Origin: a virus
Taxonomy: Duplodnaviria; Caudoviricetes
IMG/VR virus record: IMGVR_UViG_3300042344_000499
Coordinates: 1-26,133 of that record
Length of the DNA: 26,133 nt
Reading direction: 5' to 3' (one strand)
The notes under the pieces are model-generated. The model was not told where the DNA came from. It was given only the letters and a program-made list of their open reading frames with translations, and ran no database searches. The position numbers and the translations under genes were made by a program. This document shows positions 22,955-26,133 of this stretch, piece after piece (positions within the stretch are counted from its first letter, which is position 1; the number at the start of each line of letters is the position of its first letter).

Positions 22955-23911
22955 ATGCCTGCACTGCTCGGCAATACACCCGCGTCGGCACGGATCGGCT
23001 CCCAGGTCGCATCCGTGCAAGTCGGCGCGAGCGCTGCGGTGCCGGCGGGCGCCAACACCGCGAACTACCAATCCGCTGCGGACTGGAGCGGCGAAAACGG
23101 CAACGTGACGACGGTGGGCACCAACGGCGGCCCCAGCGCCTACGGCACCTTCGACCAGGGCGGCAACGTGTTCGAGTGGGTCGACCTCGTGCCCGCCGCC
23201 GGGGTGCTCCAAGGTGTTCGCGGCGGATCGTATGCCTCGAACAACGAAGCCTTCCTGTCGGCGAACAACAGCAACGCGATTCTGGCAAGCGGCTTCGGTT
23301 CGCAGTACGGGTTCCGGATCGCCACCCGTGCCAACCCGCTCTCGCTCGACACGGTGTTCGTCGGCAACCTGAGAAATCCGAACGACGCTTCGGGCTACGG
23401 CGGGGTCGTGTACCCGTTCCAGATCGGGAAATATCCGGTCACCAACGAACAATATGCCGCGTTCCTGAACGCTGTCGCGGCGACCGACAGCTACGGCTTG
23501 TTTCACGCCAGCATGGATGGTGCTCGAGGCGGAATCGCTCGATCCGGCTCAAGCGGCAGTTTCACCTATGCCACGCGCGACAATATGTGCGACAAGCCAG
23601 TCAACTTCGTGAGCTGGTTCGACGCGGCCCGGTACTGCAACTGGCTTCACAACGGCATGGGCTCTGGCGACACCGAGACGGGGGCCTACACGCTCGCCGG
23701 CGCTACCACCGGCACCCCTCCGGCCAAAAACGAAGGGGCCGTGTATTGGATCCCTTCCGTCCACGAGTGGTACAAGGCCGCTTATCACAAAGGCGGGTCG
23801 GCAGACGCCGGATACTGGGACTACCCCACCCAAAGCGATTCCGTGCCGACCGCCGTAACGGCCGGCGCCAGCGGCAACGGCCCGCAAGAGACTGGTTACG
23901 ACTGCGATTGA
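22955..23911 (+). CDS. FGE-sulfatase / C-type-lectin-fold protein, circularly permuted; putative receptor-binding protein
   Basis: YGTFDQGGNVFEW, RGGS and GFRIA come before FQIGKYPVTNEQYAAFLN, PVNFVSWFDAARYCNWL and IPSVHEWYKAAY. The FGE catalytic CxxxxC is absent. Confidence 0.85.
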   Translation: MPALLGNTPASARIGSQVASVQVGASAAVPAGANTANYQSAADWSGENGNVTTVGTNGGPSAYGTFDQGGNVFEWVDLVPAAGVLQGVRGGSYASNNEAFLSANNSNAILASGFGSQYGFRIATRANPLSLDTVFVGNLRNPNDASGYGGVVYPFQIGKYPVTNEQYAAFLNAVAATDSYGLFHASMDGARGGIARSGSSGSFTYATRDNMCDKPVNFVSWFDAARYCNWLHNGMGSGDTETGAYTLAGATTGTPPAKNEGAVYWIPSVHEWYKAAYHKGGSADAGYWDYPTQSDSVPTAVTAGASGNGPQETGYDCD

Positions 23912-23946
23912 AGACCCACACTGTGTAACACCGGAGAAAAGCACCG

Positions 23947-24288
23947 ATGCCAGCCCCCGATCTGAACAACCCGACGAAGGTGGAGGCGAAGTTCGTCCAC
24001 GTTGCCGCCACCACCACCGGCGCGAGTGTGCTGACCTGCCCGTCCGACACGGTGCTCCGTATCGTGTCCCTCACGGCCGACAACGTGGACGGCACCAACG
24101 CGGCGGACGTCACCCTGGAAGTGGATGGCGATCCCTACAAGAAGACCATTTCCGTACCGGCCGATGCCAGCCTGCTCCTGGTGGACAAGGATGGACCGCT
24201 GTACCTGACGGACGGCCTTGAGCTGGAGGCCTTCGCGTCGGCCAACGGCGACATCGTCATCAACTGCTCCTATGAGGAGATCACCTGA
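23947..24288 (+). CDS. Virion structural/fibre-associated beta-sandwich protein
   Basis: NVDGTNAADVTL, TISVPADASL and SYEEIT pattern recalled from aquatic phage fibre clusters; GGAG RBS. Confidence 0.65.
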   Translation: MPAPDLNNPTKVEAKFVHVAATTTGASVLTCPSDTVLRIVSLTADNVDGTNAADVTLEVDGDPYKKTISVPADASLLLVDKDGPLYLTDGLELEAFASANGDIVINCSYEEIT

Positions 24289-24289
24289 G

Positions 24290-24745
24290 ATGCCCGCCCT
24301 CAACGATCCCTGCTGGCGTGATGCCAGCGGCGTGGCTCACTTGAGCCTCCCGCACCGCGTCCACCTGCCCGACGGCAGCACCCGCACCGACGCGGCCCAG
24401 TGGTCGCTCGACCAAGCCGTGCTCGCCGCCACCGGCTGGACGCGATCAACGCTGACGCAGGCCGACCTTGATCGGCTGTTCCCGCCGCCGCCTGAGCCGA
24501 CCTGGGAGGAGGCGGGCTGGGAGACGCCGGGAGGCTGGCGTCTCGGGTGGACGCCCGACCGCGTGGCCCTGCTCACGGGGCTGTATGTCCTCGCTGCGAG
24601 GGCAGCCCAGCTCGGCATCGACCAGCCCATCGTCGTGAGCGACATGGCGGGCGAGCGGCACACGCTGACGTTCCAAGAGTTCGAGCAGTTGATGCTCGCG
24701 TATGGTGCGGCGCGGGCTGCGGCGAGTGCAGGAGGTGAGGCATGA
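24290..24745 (+). CDS. Putative tail-fibre assembly chaperone (DUF4376-like C-terminus)
   Basis: LPHRVHLPDGSTRTD, PPPPEP and SDMAGERHTLT...LMLAY; adjacent to the fibre gene. Confidence 0.55.
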   Translation: MPALNDPCWRDASGVAHLSLPHRVHLPDGSTRTDAAQWSLDQAVLAATGWTRSTLTQADLDRLFPPPPEPTWEEAGWETPGGWRLGWTPDRVALLTGLYVLAARAAQLGIDQPIVVSDMAGERHTLTFQEFEQLMLAYGAARAAASAGGEA

Positions 24746-25677
24746 GTCGGGCAAGAGGCGGATACATCGGGTTCAACCGCGTGCCTGCGGCGGCGGCGAT
24801 CAACTCTGCGGCGAGCGGAGTGTGGAGTCTCAGGGAGGCGGAGGCTCTCAAGCGGGCGGGGACGTGGCCGACGCTCGCGCCGGGCGGCGTATCGACCGGC
24901 CTGCAACTGTGGCTCGACGCTTCTGACGCCAGCACGCTTTACGACGCCACGAGCGGCGGCTCGCTCGTCGCGGCGGATGGCGGCGTGGCGAGGTGGGAGG
25001 ACAAGAGCGGCAACGGGCGGCACGCGACTCAAGGTACGGCAAGCAGACGGCCGGTGCGCAAGGCAGCGATCCAAGGCGGCAAAGACGTGCTTCGGTTTGA
25101 TGGCAGCGCAACAGCCGGTGACGCAGACCGGATGCAGATTACCAATAGCACGTCTATGTTTAACTTCCTGCACCAATCCAGCGGGACGGTGTTTTGCGTG
25201 CTAATCAACGGAACCACCAACGACTACAACAGAGTCATGGTGTGGTTAGACAATGGTGGGGTCGGTGCTCAGACAGGCTATCTTTTGGCCTACGCTGATC
25301 GCGCGGCACAAGGCGAAAACAATATGCTAGCTTCTGGCGGCGGCGCGTCAGTAAATGCTTATTACACAATGGCAAACAACTATGTGGACATGCAGGTCGC
25401 AAAGGTCTACACAAATGTTGTCAATGCAACCGCATCTGCGGCATCTCGGTCGCTGCTTTACAAAAACGGATCACTCAATGCGGCGGTAAACTCAGCGACA
25501 GGCTCAAATGCCAGTAACGCAACCTACAATATGATGATAGGTGGTGGTGGGGACAACACGGGGACATTGCCGTTTCAAGGCGACATTTTAGAAATGATCG
25601 TCTACGGCTCCGCCCTTTCTTCCACCGACCGCGCCGCCGTCGAGACCTACCTCCTCGCCAAGTGGGGCATCACATGA
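24742..25677 (+). CDS. Tail fibre / receptor-binding protein with LamG (concanavalin-A-like) domain
   Basis: GGYIG...ASGVWSL...WP anchor; LWLDASD, WEDKSGNG, RFDG and GDILEMIVY...ALS...YLLAKWGI motifs. Confidence 0.8.
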   Translation: MSRARGGYIGFNRVPAAAAINSAASGVWSLREAEALKRAGTWPTLAPGGVSTGLQLWLDASDASTLYDATSGGSLVAADGGVARWEDKSGNGRHATQGTASRRPVRKAAIQGGKDVLRFDGSATAGDADRMQITNSTSMFNFLHQSSGTVFCVLINGTTNDYNRVMVWLDNGGVGAQTGYLLAYADRAAQGENNMLASGGGASVNAYYTMANNYVDMQVAKVYTNVVNATASAASRSLLYKNGSLNAAVNSATGSNASNATYNMMIGGGGDNTGTLPFQGDILEMIVYGSALSSTDRAAVETYLLAKWGIT

Positions 25678-25775
25678 CGCTGTGGTACGCCCTCCAAGAC
25701 GAGCAGGTGATCTACCTGATCTGCTCCATCATGCAGACGCTCTGCCTCGCGTATCTGGTGTGGCGGTCGCCGTGA
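25674..25775 (+). CDS. 33-aa hydrophobic peptide MTLWYALQDEQVIYLICSIMQTLCLAYLVWRSP (not in ORF track)
   Basis: ATGA-coupled to the fibre gene; GC3-rich codons; one TM-like segment. Confidence 0.5.
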   Translation: MTLWYALQDEQVIYLICSIMQTLCLAYLVWRSP

Positions 25776-25793
25776 GAACGTCCTGTTAATCCC

Positions 25794-26090
25794 ATGCCAG
25801 CCCGCATCGAACGCTGGAAGCCGCCGCGATTCCTGGCCGTCGAGCAGACGAAAGAACACGCCCACTACTGCACCGCGGAATGGAAGGCCAAGCGGATCCG
25901 GATCGGCACCAGGGACGCCTTCGTCTGCCGGGACTGCGGCCGAGTGGCCTACGGGAAGAACGGCCACGCCGATCACATCGTCCCCCTCGAGGACGGCGGC
26001 AGCGACCAGGACGAGAACCTGGCCTGGCGGTGCTCTGCCTGCCACGGGCGGAAGACCAGGGCCGAGCAGCGGCGACGAGGGGCGCTGTAA
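25794..26090 (+). CDS. HNH endonuclease (HK97 gp74-like packaging cofactor)
   Basis: CRDCG, HADHIVP, GG, ENL and CSACHGRKT motifs; size and position before the expected terminase. Confidence 0.92.
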   Translation: MPARIERWKPPRFLAVEQTKEHAHYCTAEWKAKRIRIGTRDAFVCRDCGRVAYGKNGHADHIVPLEDGGSDQDENLAWRCSACHGRKTRAEQRRRGAL

Positions 26091-26133
26091 TGGGGGGTGG
26101 GGTCGCCTACAAAATCAACGTGCGACGGAAGAC
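26091..26133 (+). other. G-rich tract after HNH; probable cos-proximal region upstream of terS
   Basis: TGGGGGGTGGGGTC directly after the HNH stop, matching the usual HNH-cos-terS layout. The window ends here. Confidence 0.4.

Larger units (their letters stand above)
1..26133. mobile_element. Temperate siphovirus-like bacteriophage genome segment (attP form)
   Basis: Contiguous head-neck-tail, integrase/attP, recombination-replication, RusA and HNH modules. No host housekeeping genes. Phage genes flank both sides of the att core. Confidence 0.95.

Noticed and set aside
23215-23330. DGR variable or template region in the C-type lectin gene (several AAC codons in RGG...GFR)
   Set aside because: No second near-identical copy differing at adenines, no reverse transcriptase and no Avd in the window; the segment is internal because of the permutation.
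25773-25795. Fourth attC-like site (TGAGAAC at a stop codon)
   Set aside because: No L-box match at the 6-nt spacing and no partner arm; a 7-mer match alone may be chance.

Overview
GC-rich, gene-dense segment of a temperate, HK97-fold, long-tailed (siphovirus-like) phage, apparently in its free/excised (attP) configuration. Every credible gene except the integrase is on the + strand. Order: major capsid, neck, two paralogous tail-tube genes, tail chaperone with a -1 frameshift, short tape measure and Cys-rich tail-tip genes (98-9732); an accessory operon of metallophosphoesterase, DUF5664 dNTP diphosphohydrolase, GT25 glycosyltransferase and a HAD+PRT-like (ribofuranosyltransferase-like) enzyme (9782-13180); tyrosine integrase, attP with a tRNA-fMet-like 3' core and an HTH regulator (13181-14922); early recombination/replication genes including a Sak4-like AAA_24 ATPase, a DUF669-like SSB and an initiator with internal iterons (15077-20219); a variable island with one complete and two half integron attC-like sites (20220-21420); RusA, an HTH gene, a second fibre/receptor-binding cluster with a circularly permuted FGE/C-type-lectin protein and a LamG-like fibre, and a packaging-type HNH (21457-26090). 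Terminase, portal and protease are not in the window. A Planctomycetota-like host is an inference only. Most notable signals: (1) phage-borne attC cassettes with no integron integrase, with genes antisense to the attC polarity; (2) about a dozen CsrA/RsmA-type GGA-loop hairpins on start codons and leaders, including a possible switch on the integrase RBS; (3) a phage GT25 plus ribofuranosyltransferase-like glycosylation module. All family calls come from motifs read by eye; no searches were run.
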